Assembly (NCBI RefSeq): GCF_009914755.1 | Contig: NC_060930.1 | Strand: one strand, 5' to 3' | Origin: the human T2T-CHM13v2.0 reference genome, Homo sapiens | Length of the DNA: 64,000 nucleotides | Part shown: positions 1 to 15,371 of the stretch, in pieces | Layout: each line of letters begins with the position of its first letter | How positions within the stretch are numbered: position 1 is the first letter of the stretch | The notes under the pieces: model-generated | Told to the model about the DNA's origin: nothing | Seen by the model: only the letters and a program-made list of their open reading frames with translations | Database searches by the model: none | Program-made: the position numbers and the translations under genes

Positions 1-16
1 TAAGATGAGGCTAGAG

Positions 17-251
17 CAAACTTGTCCAACCTGCGACCCACAGGCCGCATACGGCCCAGGATGGCTTAGAATGAGGCCCAGCACAAATTCATAAACTTCC
101 TTAAAACATTATGAGATTGTTTTTGCGACTTTTTTTTTTTTTTTTTTTAGCTCATCAGCGATCGTTAGTGTTAGTGTATTTTATGCATGGCCTGAGACAG
201 TTCTTCCCTTCTAATGTGGCCCAGGGAAGCCAAAAGATTGCGCACCCCTAG
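17..251 (+). mobile_element. MER30 (hAT-Charlie non-autonomous DNA transposon)
   Basis: Matches recalled MER30 consensus end to end (TTGTCCAACC...GGGAAGCCAAAAGATTG..CACCCCT). 8-bp TSD GGCTAGAG (9-16) / TGCTAGAG (252-259) resembles the Charlie NTCTAGAN target. Confidence 0.9.
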
Positions 252-339
252 TGCTAGAGATTTTGTCATGTTAGGAAGGAAGGAGATGCTAAAAGAAAAC
301 AGACAACAACAACAACGACAACAACAAGATAACCACAAG

Positions 340-1390
340 GCATTGAAGTCAGCTACTGAGGAGTTTGTTTTGACCAGAGCTGGGACAATTTGAGTAGCAA
401 AAGAATTATAGTAACTAATTACACAGAATTGGAAAAAAGGAGGAATTCATGCCTCCCTGTCAATAATAAATTGATAATGGCAGAAAAGGGAGGGTCATTG
501 CTTGCGGTGAACTCGGAGTGGAAGAAGTGCTGAATTGGAGAGTCAGCCTTTTGCAGCCATCAAAGTGAAGGTTGAATCAGGCAAAAATCATCAAGCATTG
601 CTAAATGTAGGGGAAAATTTTGGTGCAGAATATGTTTGCATTGACTTACAATATCTCTCCAGTGACTGCTTTTTACTTGCAAGGGGAAAAACAGTAATTA
701 TATAGTGGAGTAATCAGTTTCACACCTTGACTAGGTGATCAAAATTATTGCCATCAATGAGACCTGTGCCTTCAGATGTAATATCATAAGAAAGACATAA
801 TGTCACCTGTAATATTCAGGATGAGAATGATAATCATGACGAAACATCAGACAAATGCAAAATCCTGGACTTTTTAAAATAAAAAAGGGAGCAGGAAGTC
901 TTCATTTTCAGAAATTTACATATCATAAAAGGCAAAAAATAAATACTGAGAATCTGTTCCAGATCAAAGCAGACTAAAGAGACATGAGAACTAATCTCAG
1001 TATCTGACCCTAGACTAGGTCCTGTACTATGGGGGAAAGAAATGCCGAAAAGGACATTATTGAGTCAATTGATGAAATTGGAATACAGACAGTAGATTAG
1101 ATAAAAGTATTGTGTCAATGTTAAATACACAGAAGTTGATAGCTTTTCTGTAGTTAGGTAAGAAAACATCTCTATTCTCATGAAATACATGCTGAAGTAC
1201 CTAGGAGAAATGGGTAAGATGTACGTTACACCCTCCAATAGTTCTGAGTACATAATGATACATAATTTCTGTATTTATAGAAAAACAGAGAGTCTGCAAT
1301 AATAAAGCAAATGAAGTCAACGTTAGGTGGACTTTGTTTTTGCCATTTTTCTGTAAATTTGAACTTATGTCCAATTAAAATATTTAAAAC
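340..1390 (+). mobile_element. Old L1 3' end (L1MC4/5-like)
   Basis: Motifs GAAACATCAGACAAA, AAAGAGACATGA, AAGGACATTATT, GTGTCAATGTTAAAT are typical of L1MC 3' UTRs. Boundaries approximate. Confidence 0.65.
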
Positions 1391-1409
1391 ATTTTTTTAA
1401 AAAGACAAA

Positions 1410-1605
1410 TGAGTTTGAATACTAGTCCACTATCTACTAGTTGTGTAACCTAGGAGTCTACTTAATTTCTCTGATCTTTGGTTTCCTCATTAGAGAAACA
1501 AGAATATCACCTTTCTTGTCTTCTCTTGAGGATAAGCCATTGCGCATCAAGTGACTAGCAAAGTGCCTGGCCCTACAGAGTATGCATTCAATAAATGACA
1601 GCTTT
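1410..1605 (+). mobile_element. MIR fragment
   Basis: Degenerate MIR core (GTGTAACCT..CTTAATTTCTCTGA..GTTTCCTCAT) and tail GTGCCTGGC..TCAATAAATG. Confidence 0.6.
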
Positions 1606-1718
1606 TCCATTCACATCTAAACATACTTAGGTTATCGTTACATCAACTGCTTTATTGGTGAAGATTCTCTTTTTTCAAAGTAGTCTGAAAGCTCCAAGAG
1701 GAAAGAATTGCATTTTCT

Positions 1719-2520
1719 GCAAATTTTTGTTTATTATTATACTTCAAGTTCTAGGGTACATGTGCACAATGTGCAGGTTTGTTACATACGTATACATGTG
1801 CCATGTTGGTGTGCTTCACCCATTAACTCGTTATTTACATTAGGTATATCTCCTAATGCTATCCCTCCCCCCTCCCCCCACCCCACAACAGGCCCCGGTG
1901 TGTGATGTTCTCCTTCCTGTGTCCAAGTGTTCTCACTCGTCAATTCCCACCTATGAGTGAGAACATGCGGTGTTTGGTTTTTTTGTCCTTCTGAGAGTTT
2001 GCTGAGAATGATGGTTTCCAGCTTCATCCATGTCCCTACAAAGGACATGAACTCATCATTTTTTATGGCTGCATAGTATTCCATGGTGTATAGGTGCCAC
2101 ATTTTCTTAATCCAGTCTATTATTGTTGGACATTTGGGTTGGTTCCAAGTCTTTGCTATTGTGAATAGTGCCGCAATAAACATACATGTGCATGTGTCTT
2201 TATAGCAGCATGATTTATAATCCTTTGGGTATATACCCAGTAATGGGATGGCTGGGTCAAATGGTATTTCTAGTTCTAGATCCTTGAGGAATCGCCACAC
2301 TGTCTTCCACAATGGTTGAACTAGTTTACAGTCCCACCAACAGTGTAAAAGTGTTCCTATTTTTCCACATCCTCTCCAGCACCTGTTGTTTCCTGACTTT
2401 TTAATGATCGCCATTCTAACAGGTGTGAGATGGTATCTCATTGTGGTTTTGATTTGCATTTCTCTGGTGGCCAGTGATGATGAGTATTTTTTCATATGTC
2501 TGTTGGCTGCATAAATGTCT
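1719..2520 (-). mobile_element. L1PA5-like 3' end (ORF2 C-terminus + 3' UTR)
   Basis: ORF 1782-2495 translates as the L1 ORF2 cysteine-rich C-terminus. PA5-type sites: CTAGGGTAC, GGCCCCGGTG, GGTTTCCAGC, TCCTTGAGG. Confidence 0.9.
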
Positions 2521-4964
<2,444 letters not shown>

Positions 4965-6022
4965 AAGAATTGCATTTTCTAACTCCAGATGGCTAACATA
5001 TTGTGGGCCCAGAATTGAGCTGAAATAAGGAGGACAATCCAATCTAGGGATGGGGAGTAACTTAGTTTGGATGCCTTATCTGTCCCTTGGCAAATGGCGT
5101 AGTTTACACGCTTGTCACTAATTGTCTCATTGGTCAAGGAGATGGTTGAAAAAAGGCATAGCACTTTAAGAAGCCACGTGTTACGAATTGGTAATGTGTG
5201 AGCCAAGCCTCTGCCCCATCAAAAATCTAGAGACTTCACATGGGGGAACCAGGCTACCACCATGTTCATCACAGAAATCTTTTTGTCATGGTGAGGTTCA
5301 CTTGTTCTTGGAGAAAGTGAGTTATAACTTGGGGGCCGTCATGTTTTTTTAATATTTGAAATGAGAAACCATGCGCTAGCAGTTAAATTCTTTGGGGCCT
5401 GGCAGAAACAAACACCATAAGACAGTAAGCATCAACAGGCCCCACTGATTTATGATGATCAAGGAGAATGAGATTTATGACCCTGAAACATGGCAAAGAT
5501 TCATTGGCATTAGCATTCAGAATATTCATGTGTTGCCACTCTTTCATGTTAAATACCTGCTTTAAGCTCTTTGGGGAGGAAAAAACCACAATACTTTTCC
5601 TTTGGAAGGCCTGACCATATTGACTGATTGTCTGAAGACATGTGGAATACCAATTCCCATTTTTGAACTTGAGTTTTGTCTTGACTTTTAAAGTTGGTTC
5701 ATGTTTCTTTTCTCTTCTTCCTTGTCTTCATGAGTATCATTCAAGGGATGTAAAATCATAAAACTTTATAGCTGGAGAAAATTTAAGAGATTATCACATC
5801 TGTCCTCCTTTGAGGCCAGGGAAGCAACGTGACCTCATAAGGACTCACAGTTAGTGAACGTCATAAAGACACTGAGAATTCAGTGCCTCCTGTCCAGTGC
5901 TTATTTTAGTATTATACATGGTTTTTACTAAATCCCTTTTATACCAACCACTGTGCTTGTGATTTGATTTAATGTTCAACATCCCTTTGACTGACCTTAA
6001 AAATCATTTTAGCCAAACTGTT

Positions 6023-6567
6023 TGTGATGGTTACCATTGAGCATCAACTTGATTGGATTGAAGGATGGAAAGTATTGTTCCTGTGTGTGTCTGTGAGGGT
6101 GTTGCCAAAGGAGATTAACATTTGAGTCAGTGGACTGGAAAAGGCAGACCCACCTTCAGTCTGGGTGGGCACCATCTCATCAGCTGCCAGCACTGCTAGA
6201 ATAAAGCAGGCAGAAGAGCGTGGAAGGACTTGACTTGCTGAGTCTTCTGGACTTCATCTTTTTCCCGTGCTGGATGCTTCCTGTTCTCAAACATCAGACT
6301 CAAAGTTCTATAGCTTTTGGACTCTTGGACTTACACCAGTGGTTTGCCAGGGGTTCTTGGACCTTTAGCCACAGACTGAAGGCTGCACTGTCAGCTTCCC
6401 TACTTTTGAGGTTTTGGGACTTGGACTGGCTTCCTTGCTCCTCAGCTTGCAGATGGCCTATTGTAGGACTTCACTTTGTGATCGTGTGAGTCAGTACTCC
6501 TTAATAAACTCCCCTTCAAATATACATCTATCCTATTCTGTCTCTCTACAGAACACTGACTAATACA
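6023..6567 (+). mobile_element. MLT2A (HERV-L) solo LTR
   Basis: TGTGATGGTT...ACTAATACA termini, internal AATAAA, 5-bp TSD CTGTT/CTATT. Confidence 0.88.
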
Positions 6568-7242
6568 CTATTTAACACCAAATAATTGTAGACTGTAAAC
6601 CTCAAGCTATTTTCTTCAATTTTTAAAAAATAATCATCTGGAGCCATCCATCCAAGGAGTTGATGCTGGTAATAATAAGGATGATAAGCAAAGAACACTT
6701 GGTTCAGAAGCCTAGTTAGCTTCATGGCATTACTGTTCAGGCAATGGTGTTCAGTTTGAGTTTCTGAATGGAATTATTTTTCAGGAACAATACGAAAACA
6801 CTGTAGGTGGTGAGTAACATGTTAGATAATGACATAAAATAGGACAAAATTCTCTAGAACTAAAATGCTTCTTTGATTACCCATAGCTATGATATCCACT
6901 GTGTTTTCACCTCTGTTACAATTATTTTACAAATAGAGGAAAACACAAAACATTCTTAAAAATCTCAAACCTAACTTGCCTGAATTCAGGCCCTTAGACA
7001 TTTCAATATTTCTTTAATTCATTCCTTAATCACATTATTATTGAAGCAACTATTCTGAACCAGACATTGGTCCAGAATAAGATACTGCTGAATAGCCAGT
7101 GTCCTCACGGAACTGAGAGTTGAGAAAAGACAGGCTAGCAAGAAATTACAGTCAAACGGGAAAACCACTGACTGTGGTTGTCTATAAAATTCATTCAGTC
7201 ACAATACCAGAGAACACTTTCTTAAAACAAAAGAGAGAGTAT

Positions 7243-7245
<3 letters not shown>

Positions 7246-7287
<42 letters not shown>
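7246..7287 (+). repeat. (AC)21 microsatellite
   Basis: Direct read. Confidence 0.97.
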
Positions 7288-7289
<2 letters not shown>

Positions 7290-10260
7290 CAAAACCAGAA
7301 GAAGAAGAAACAGGTAAGTCTTACCAAAGGAGAGCCAAGGAAACATGTTCGTATTAGAATAGTTGTTGTGTAGGAGTCTATGAGAGATTAGTGCCGCCAC
7401 CACAGCCCTCACAGCTAGTGCAGCAGTTTTCACTTCTTGAAAGGGTTAAATAGTCTCATGACTACACTAGTGTCAACTCATGGAGTTAAGGTTTAAAACT
7501 GGAAGGTACTAATAGAGGTCTATCTAGTTAAGTCCATCATTTTCCATTGAATGGACTCAGGGGACTTTTCCAAGACCACACAATAATTGTGTGTAAGCTG
7601 CAGATGTTAATCCTGCTTTATCCCAAACCTCCGTGCATTGGGAGGTGGTAGTGTTGGATCGAGGTGATTCTGTTTTGGAGGGCAACCACCCAGCTGACAT
7701 TTCTTAAGCCAGAGCCCAGCACCCCCTGGCCTGTTGCCCATGGTGCTGTCATATTTTGACCTAAAGTGAACTGAGACCTCAGATGTATTCATCTCAGAAC
7801 AGAGAATAGTATTTCCATATAACCATTTACTGTTCAAGGGAGAATCATTTTGAAAAATACTTCATTATGGGAAAAACAATACAAAGTTAAACAACACAAG
7901 CAAAGGATAGAAGTATTTTATATAATGGTCAGAAATTATCCTGAAATGATACTGGAACACACGATGGAAAACACAATTTAAAAACTCAGTTGCATTTGAT
8001 CTTACAAGCATCATAACAACTCAATTCTTTTTTGCTTTAGATACAGAATCACTTTCTCCTAGGTCACTTCCCCAGTATACCCATTCTCCTGACTTGATTG
8101 AGGTCCCGCTCTGAGTCCCCAGGGCCCGTGTGTGTCTCTGTCATGGCACTCGGGACACTGTGCCAACATTGTCTCTTCATCTTGCTGCTTCCCTCACTAC
8201 ACTTAACCCTCTCCATGCCGTGAGCAAACCGATTTCCACTGCTTATTAGCAGATCTGACAATATCTGGTACATTCTAGTACTCACTAGAACTTTGAAGGG
8301 AACTTAATAATTTAAAGCAGTTAAAAGCATTTGCATGCTCTTCTGACTAATATTATTGTTACACCTCGTAATGTGGGGAAAAATACAGTTCCGGGTGTAT
8401 GTGGGTTGTTAGGAAAAATTTCTCTTGTTTTAAATCTTAAGGTGGCTCTGCCCCTCTACGCTAAAAATCAAAAAGAATATATTCTTACATGTATCTCCAG
8501 GTTAGAATCCTTACTAAAATATTATAAGCATGAGTGCAGATAAGGTGAGGAGGGATATTTCTTGGATAGTAAAGTGGCATTCCCCAATCAGTTCTGCTGT
8601 AATTAATTTAGAATTTAAAGCTAAAAATCCAGACATTCGATGATGTGTTCAATAACTCGTGCTGGGATCTATTTTTTCAGTAATGCTTATCTTTCCAAGG
8701 GGTGTAGTTAATTTCTTCAGTATTACTCTGTAAATTATTACAGAAATTACAAATCTACTAAAAAATCAATACAACTAATTGTAAATTAATAGATTTCTAA
8801 GTGTGAAGGAGTGTGTAATAATGGAGATGAGTTCTTTAAAGAAAATGCCAGTTCCAGCATCAAGGGCTCAGGACTCCAGCTGTTTCATGTGACATCTTCA
8901 AGTGTAAACACATTTCTTTCCTTCCCCCAACTCTGCCCCTGCACCCCCTCACTTCCCACTGATTTAGTCTGCCACTGCCGCGAATAACATTTCCATTAGC
9001 CACCTACTGTTAAATCACAGAGTAACGATGATAAAAAAAAATTCCAACATGCAAACAAACCAATAGAGAAGCAAATGGGGTTACCGTCTGTCTCAAACGT
9101 TTTTTATGGGGCCCACCGGTGTTGAAACTAAAGGAAAACAACATGTGAAGTTAAACAAACTGGATCGAATAGGGAGCTCCAGAATGCGGGTTTATAACAA
9201 GTGCAAATCTGAATATAGTGCATTTCTAATTCTGTATTTGATATGCTGAATGAATCATCTTTAGCAATGTACTTGTGTGTCCATGAATTTTAGCATGAGC
9301 TTAGTTATTTCTATGTATATATGCCACATCATTGCCAATCAGTTTTAGGCAATGATGGGCTTGTCAATAAAAAGACCAATAATTATCACCATTATATTGA
9401 ATGAATCAATGAGAATGTGCCAAGGTCCTGTTGTCCTGTGCACTTAGATGAATTTTTTTAATGCTATAACTTGACATTAATTTAGCACTTCACAATTTAC
9501 AAAGTGCTTTCGGTTTAGATTTTGGTCTTAAAGCAGTAAATTAAGGCAGATGTTAATTATGTTCTACAGGTGAGAAAACTGGTTGAGGGAGGTTCAGAAA
9601 CCTACCCTGGATGTAGAGCTAATTACTAGTCAAGATGCTTTCACAGAACCAGTTATATAGTAGTATTCTATTTCAGTACACGATGTGGTTCCAGAATTGT
9701 ACTTGAAGTCTGATAGCTCAAAGTAAATCTCTAGGTTTACACTGTATAGATGACACCTGGGCCCCTGATGGGAGGGGCTGGAGAATCCTCAAGGATGCCC
9801 ATCCCAGGAAGGGGCAGCTGTCACCAGCAAAGGTGCTGGGCATATATAGGCCTAGACACCCCATCTTGCACAAGTCTTTCTTTGCTAGCAGGAACCTGGA
9901 AGATGGTCAGGTTTGACTGAATCTTCTCTATTCAATGGTTAAGGAACTGGCTAGGTACCTAAAACAGAGATGCAGAAGAGGTATCTGTGCTCCTTGCCAG
10001 TGGGGTGAGTCAAAGGTTCAATGGCTGCCCGCTTCCCTTCCCCATATACCTGTGTTATTTGGTTACTTCCTGCACTCATGGCAATTTTGGTATATATGGG
10101 GATGGGGTGGGGAAGTGGGACCTTGCCAATGGGGGGAAAAGAGTTTGCTCACTCAGCCTTATGCTGAGAGGTGAACCTTAGGGCACTCACTCTCACTAAA
10201 ACTGATCATAACAAACACTAGTTTAGCAGGGGGAACACTGTAGCCTCTTTGGTTTACACC

Positions 10261-10297
10261 TAAGAGAATCTACAGTGTAAGAGAATCTACAATGTAA
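10261..10297. repeat. 17-bp tandem duplication (TAAGAGAATCTACARTG x2)
   Basis: Direct read, one mismatch between copies. Confidence 0.85.
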
Positions 10298-10591
10298 CTG
10301 AACTACATTTTCAATTCAACAGTAATGAGTAGGCTTATAGGGTGCACTGAAGATAAAATTTTAATTTAATGTAATTTAACCAAGTTATAAAGAGTCTTCA
10401 TATTACTATTATTTGACATTTATGGCCTGTAATCATGTGTGTGCCATGTGCTTTTCAGAACATAAGCCTGATCTGAAAATTTTAAATTTTAAATCTAAGT
10501 TGGCATATGAAGATGGTCAACTAAATCCTTTATTAACTTGAACTAGCTTATTTTTTCTAGCATTTACTAGTCATAGGAAGTAGGAAAGTTC

Positions 10592-10718
10592 AATATATAA
10601 ATAAACCGAACAAAACTAAAACAAATCCACAAAACTAATATATAAATAAACCAAACAAAACTAAAATAAAACAAAATTCATAAATTATATATATAAATAA
10701 CCAAACAAAACTAAAATA
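10592..10718. repeat. A-rich ~45-50 bp tandem repeat, ~2.7 copies
   Basis: Core ATATATAAATAA(A)CC(G/A)AACAAAACTAAAA occurs three times. Confidence 0.85.
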
Positions 10719-10750
10719 GATCTTGTGAGGATAGGTGTTTTAATTTTGTT

Positions 10751-10751
10751 A

Positions 10752-10790
<39 letters not shown>

Positions 10791-10791
10791 A
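10751..10791. repeat. (ATAA)10 microsatellite
   Basis: Direct read. Confidence 0.95.
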
Positions 10792-11034
10792 ATCAACTTC
10801 AGAAACTAGAGCTGGGGCAAATACTTTCAACCCCATCTCCTATTTCTTTCAGATCTTTAATTCTTGATGATATGTAAAATTTGAAATTGTGACCTTGAGG
10901 CATTGTGATTGACTAACCATTAAGAGAGGCTAAGTTTAATGTCTTGTATTTACTCAGGCATGAAACATTTCTAAACAAAAAATTTTTGAAATAAAACTTT
11001 TTGATTAAATACCACTTGGCAGGGAATAAAGTTA

Positions 11035-11402
11035 GTGGTATGTACTGAATGCTTATGTTCCTGCAAAATTCATATATTGAAATTCTAACCCCCAATGTGT
11101 TGGTATTAGGAGATGGGGCCTTTGGTATGTAATTAGGTCACGAGGGTGGAGCCCTTATGAATAGGATTAGTGCCCTTATCAAAAGACATGAGAGAACTTG
11201 CTCACTCTCTCTCTGTGTCTTCACCATGTGAGGATACAGCAAGAAGAAATCCAACTGCAAGTTAAAAAGAGGATCCTTCCCGGGAACTGAGTCAGCCAGC
11301 ACCTTGATCTTGGACTTCTAGCCTCCAGAACTGTGAGAAATACATTTCTGTTGTTTAAGCCACCAGTCTATGGCATTCTGTTACAGCAGCTCAAACTAAG
11401 TT
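11035..11402 (+). mobile_element. MLT1A-family MaLR LTR
   Basis: AAATTCATATATTGAAA..GGTATTAGGAGATGGGGCCTTTG..GGACTTCTAGCCTCCAGAACTGTGAG..AACTAAG. Confidence 0.82.
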
Positions 11403-11655
11403 GGCTTTTCCTAAATAAGTAATAAACACTTGTTATAGGAACTATGGAAAATTAAGAATAGAATTTTTTTTTTTTAATTCAGGAGTTCTAGTATCCTGGT
11501 TGTTGTCTAATCTATTAGTATTCCCTATGTTTTTGAAATTCTCTTCTGAAATTTTAATAGTTACATAATATTAAGGGACAGTCAATGTTTGAAAGATGTT
11601 CAAAGAATGTATATGTTCAACTATTATTCCTCCACAGGATTCTGACTGAGAATTC

Positions 11656-14600
11656 TTTTTTTTTTTTTTTTTTTTTAAGATTCAGGAGTACATGTGCAGG
11701 TTTGTTATATAGGTAAACTTGTGTGGGTTTGTTGTACAAATTATTTCATCACCCTGATACTAAGCCTAGTACCCAGTGGTTGCGTTTTCTGCTCTCTTCC
11801 TCCTCCCACCCTCCACCCTCAAGTAGGCCCCAGTGTTTGTTGTTCCCTTCTTTGTGTTCACTAGAAACATCTCATCATTTAGCTCCCACTTATGAAGTAA
11901 GAAAATGCAGTATTTGGGTTTTGTTCCTCCATTAATTTGCTAAGGATAATGGCCTCCAGCCCATCCATCTTCCTGCAAAAAACATGATCTTGTTCTTTTT
12001 TATGGCTGCATAGTATTCCATGGTATATATGTACCACATTGTCTTCATCCAATCTGTCGTTGATGGGCACTTAGGTTGATTCCATGTTTTTGCTATTGTG
12101 AATAGTACTGCAATCAACATTCATGTGCATGTATCTTTATAGTACAATGATTTATATGCCTCTGACTTTGTACCCAGTATTGGGATTACTGGTTCAAGTG
12201 GTAGCTCTGTTTTTAGCTCACTGAAGAATTGTCACACTGCTTTCCACAATGGTTGAGCTAATTTACACTCCTGTTGACGGTGTATAAGAATTCTCTTCTC
12301 TGCAACCTCACCAGCATCTGTTATTTTTTTATTTTTTAATAATAGCCATTCTGACTGGTGTGAGATGGCATCTCCTTGTGGTTTTGATTTGCATTTTTCT
12401 AATGATCCATAATATTGAGCTTTTTCTCATATGCTTGTTGGACACGTGTGTCTTCTTTGGAAAAGTGTCTGTTCATGTCCTTGGCTCACTTTTTAATGTT
12501 TTTTTTTCTTGTAAATTTTTAAGTTCCTTATAGATGCTGGATATTAGACTTTTGTCAGATGTATGGTTTGAAAATATGTTCTCCCCTTCTTTGGATTGTC
12601 TGTTTATTCTGTTGATAGTTTCTTCTGCTGTGCAGAAGCTTTTAAGTTTAATTAGATCCCATTTGCCAATGTTTGCTTTTGTTGCAATTGCTTTTGGTGT
12701 CTTCTTCATGAAATCTTTGCCCATTCCTATGTCCAAGATGGTATTGCCTAGGTTGTCTTCCAGGTTTTTATAGTTTGGATTTTACATTTAAGTCTTTAAT
12801 CCATCTTGAGTTGATTTTTTTATATGGTGTAAGGAAGGGATCCAGTTTCAATCTTCTGCGTATGGCTAGCCAGTTATTTCAGCACCATTTATTGAACAGT
12901 GCTGTAGCCATTGCTTGTTTTTGTCAGCTTTGTCGAAGATCAGATGGTCATAGGCGACCTTATTTCTGGGTCCTCTATTCTGTTCCATGGTCTATGTGTC
13001 TGTTTTTGTATCAGTACCAAGCTGTTTTGGTTACTGCAGTCCTGTAGTATAGTTGGAAGTTGGGTAAAGTAATGCTTCAAGCTTTGTTCTTTTTGTTTAA
13101 TATTGCCTTGGTTATTCGGGCTTTTTTTTGTTCCATATGAATTTTAAAATAGTTTTTTCTAGTTCTGTGAAGAATGTCATTGGTAGTTTGATGGGAATAG
13201 CATTGAATCCGTAAATTGCTTTGGCCATTATGGCCATTTTAATGATATTAATTCTTCCTACCCATAGGCATGGAATGTTTTTCCATTTGTTTGTATCAGT
13301 TCTGATTTCTTTGAGCAGTGTTTTGTAATTCTCATTGTAGAGATCTTTCACTTCTCTGGTTAGCTGTATTCCTAGATATTTTATTCTTTCTGAGGCAATT
13401 GTAAATGAGATTGTGTTCCTGATTTGGCTCTTGGCTTGGCTGTTGTTGGTGTGTAGAAACGTTCACGATTTTTGCACAGTGAGTTTGTATACTGAAACTC
13501 TGCTGAAACTGTTTATTAGCTGAGGGAGCTTTTGAGCTGAGACTATGGGGTTTTCTAGATATTGAATCACGTAGATATCTGCAGACAGGGATAGTTTGAC
13601 ATCCTTTCTTCCTACTTGGATGCCTGTATTTCTTTCTCTTTCCTGATTGCTCTGGCTAGGATTTCCAATGCAATGTAGAATGGGAGTGATGAGAGAGGGC
13701 ACCCTGGTCTTGCGCCAGTTTGCAAGGGGAATGCTTACAGCTTTTCCTCATTCAGTATGATGTTGGTGGTAGGTCTGTCATAGATGACTGTTATTATTTT
13801 GAGGTATGTTCCTTCAATATCTAGTTTACTGAGAATTTTTAACATGAAGAAATGTTAGATTTTATCTAAAGCCTTTTCTGTATCTATTGACATAATTGTG
13901 TGGTTTTTGTCTTTAGTTCTCTTTATGTGATGAATCACATTTATTAATTTGTGCGTGTTAAACCAAACTTGCATCCCAGGGATGAAGCCTACTTGATCGT
14001 GGTGGATAAACTTTTTGATGTGCTGCTGGATTCAATTTACAAGTATTTTGTTGGGGAGTTTTGCATCAATGTTCATCAAGGATATTGGCCTGATGTGTTC
14101 TTTTTTTGGTTGTGTCTCTGCCAGGTTTTTGAATCAGGATGATGCTGGACTCATAGAATGAGTTGGGGAGGAGTCCTCAGTTTTGGGAAATAGTTTCAGT
14201 ATTAATGGTACCAGCGCTTCTTTGTACATCTGGTAGAATTCCACTGTGAATCCATCTGATCTTGGGCTTTTTTGGTTTTTAGTTGGTAGGCTAGTTATTA
14301 CTGATTCAATTACAGAGCTCATTATTGGTCTGTTCAGGGAATCAATTTCCTCCTGGTTCAGTCTTGGCAGGATGAATGTCTCCAGGGATTTATCCACCTC
14401 TTCTAGGTTTTCTAGTTTTTTCACATACAGGTGTTTGTAATACTTTTTGATAGTTATTTTTATTTCTGTGGCATCCGTGGTAACATCTTCTTTGTCATTT
14501 CTATTTGTATTTATTTGGTTCTTCTCTCTTTTCTTCTTTATTAGTCTAGCTGGTGGCCTATCTTACTATTTTTTTGAACAACCAACTCCTGGATTCATTG

Positions 14601-15042
14601 ATATGTTGAATGGTTTTTCGTATCTCAGTTTCCTTCATTTCAGCTCTGATTTTGGTTATTTCTTGTTTTCTGCTAGCATTGGGCTTGGTTTCCTCTTGCT
14701 TCTCTAATTCTTTCAGTTGTGATGTTAGGTTGTTAATTTTAGATCTTTCTAACTTTTTGATGTGGGCATTTAGTGCTATGAATTTCCCTCTTAACACTGC
14801 CTTAGCTGTGTCCCAGAAATTCTGGTATGTTGTATCTTTGTTCTCATTGGTTTCAAATAACTGCTTGATTTTTGCCTTAATTTCATTATTTACCCAAAAG
14901 TCATTCAGGAGCATGTTGTTTAATTTCCATATAATTATGTGGTTTTGAGTGTTTTTTTTTTAGTCTTGACTTCTATTTTTATTGGTCCAAGAGTACATTT
15001 GTGGTGATTTTGGTTCTTTTGCATTTGCTGAGGATTGTTTTT
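11656..15042 (-). mobile_element. 5'-truncated older L1PA (PA12-16-like), ~3.4 kb
   Basis: Poly-T tail at 11656, 3' UTR with CCCTCAAGTAGGCCCCAG, and multiple frameshifted ORF2 fragments (11932-14914). Confidence 0.9.
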
Positions 15043-15371
15043 CATGGTAGTCTTTTAACTAGAGCAGTCACTCAAATGCATTCAACATATGTGTCACAAA
15101 GAACCACACTGTCCTGGTTCCAAAATACTTACTTTGCCCAGTAAGTTCAGTTGTCTTCACTTTTTTAATGGGTTTAAATATTCCCAAACCTAAACTGGTG
15201 TCAAAGTCAGGTAGTCAAGATTTAAAATTAGAAGGTGCTGTAAGAGACATAGTTCAGCCAATCATTTCCATTGAGTGGACACAGGGAAATAACATCACTT
15301 CTCTAAGGCCACATAATGGTTGGCCAAGACAGCAGGAAACCAAATCTCCTGATGCACTATTTTATTTACAC

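Noticed and set aside
11646-15042. CTGAGAATTCTTTT / CTGAGGATTGTTTT as the TSD of the 3.4-kb L1
   Set aside because: The right-hand copy also matches L1 internal sequence, so it cannot be distinguished from element sequence or microhomology.
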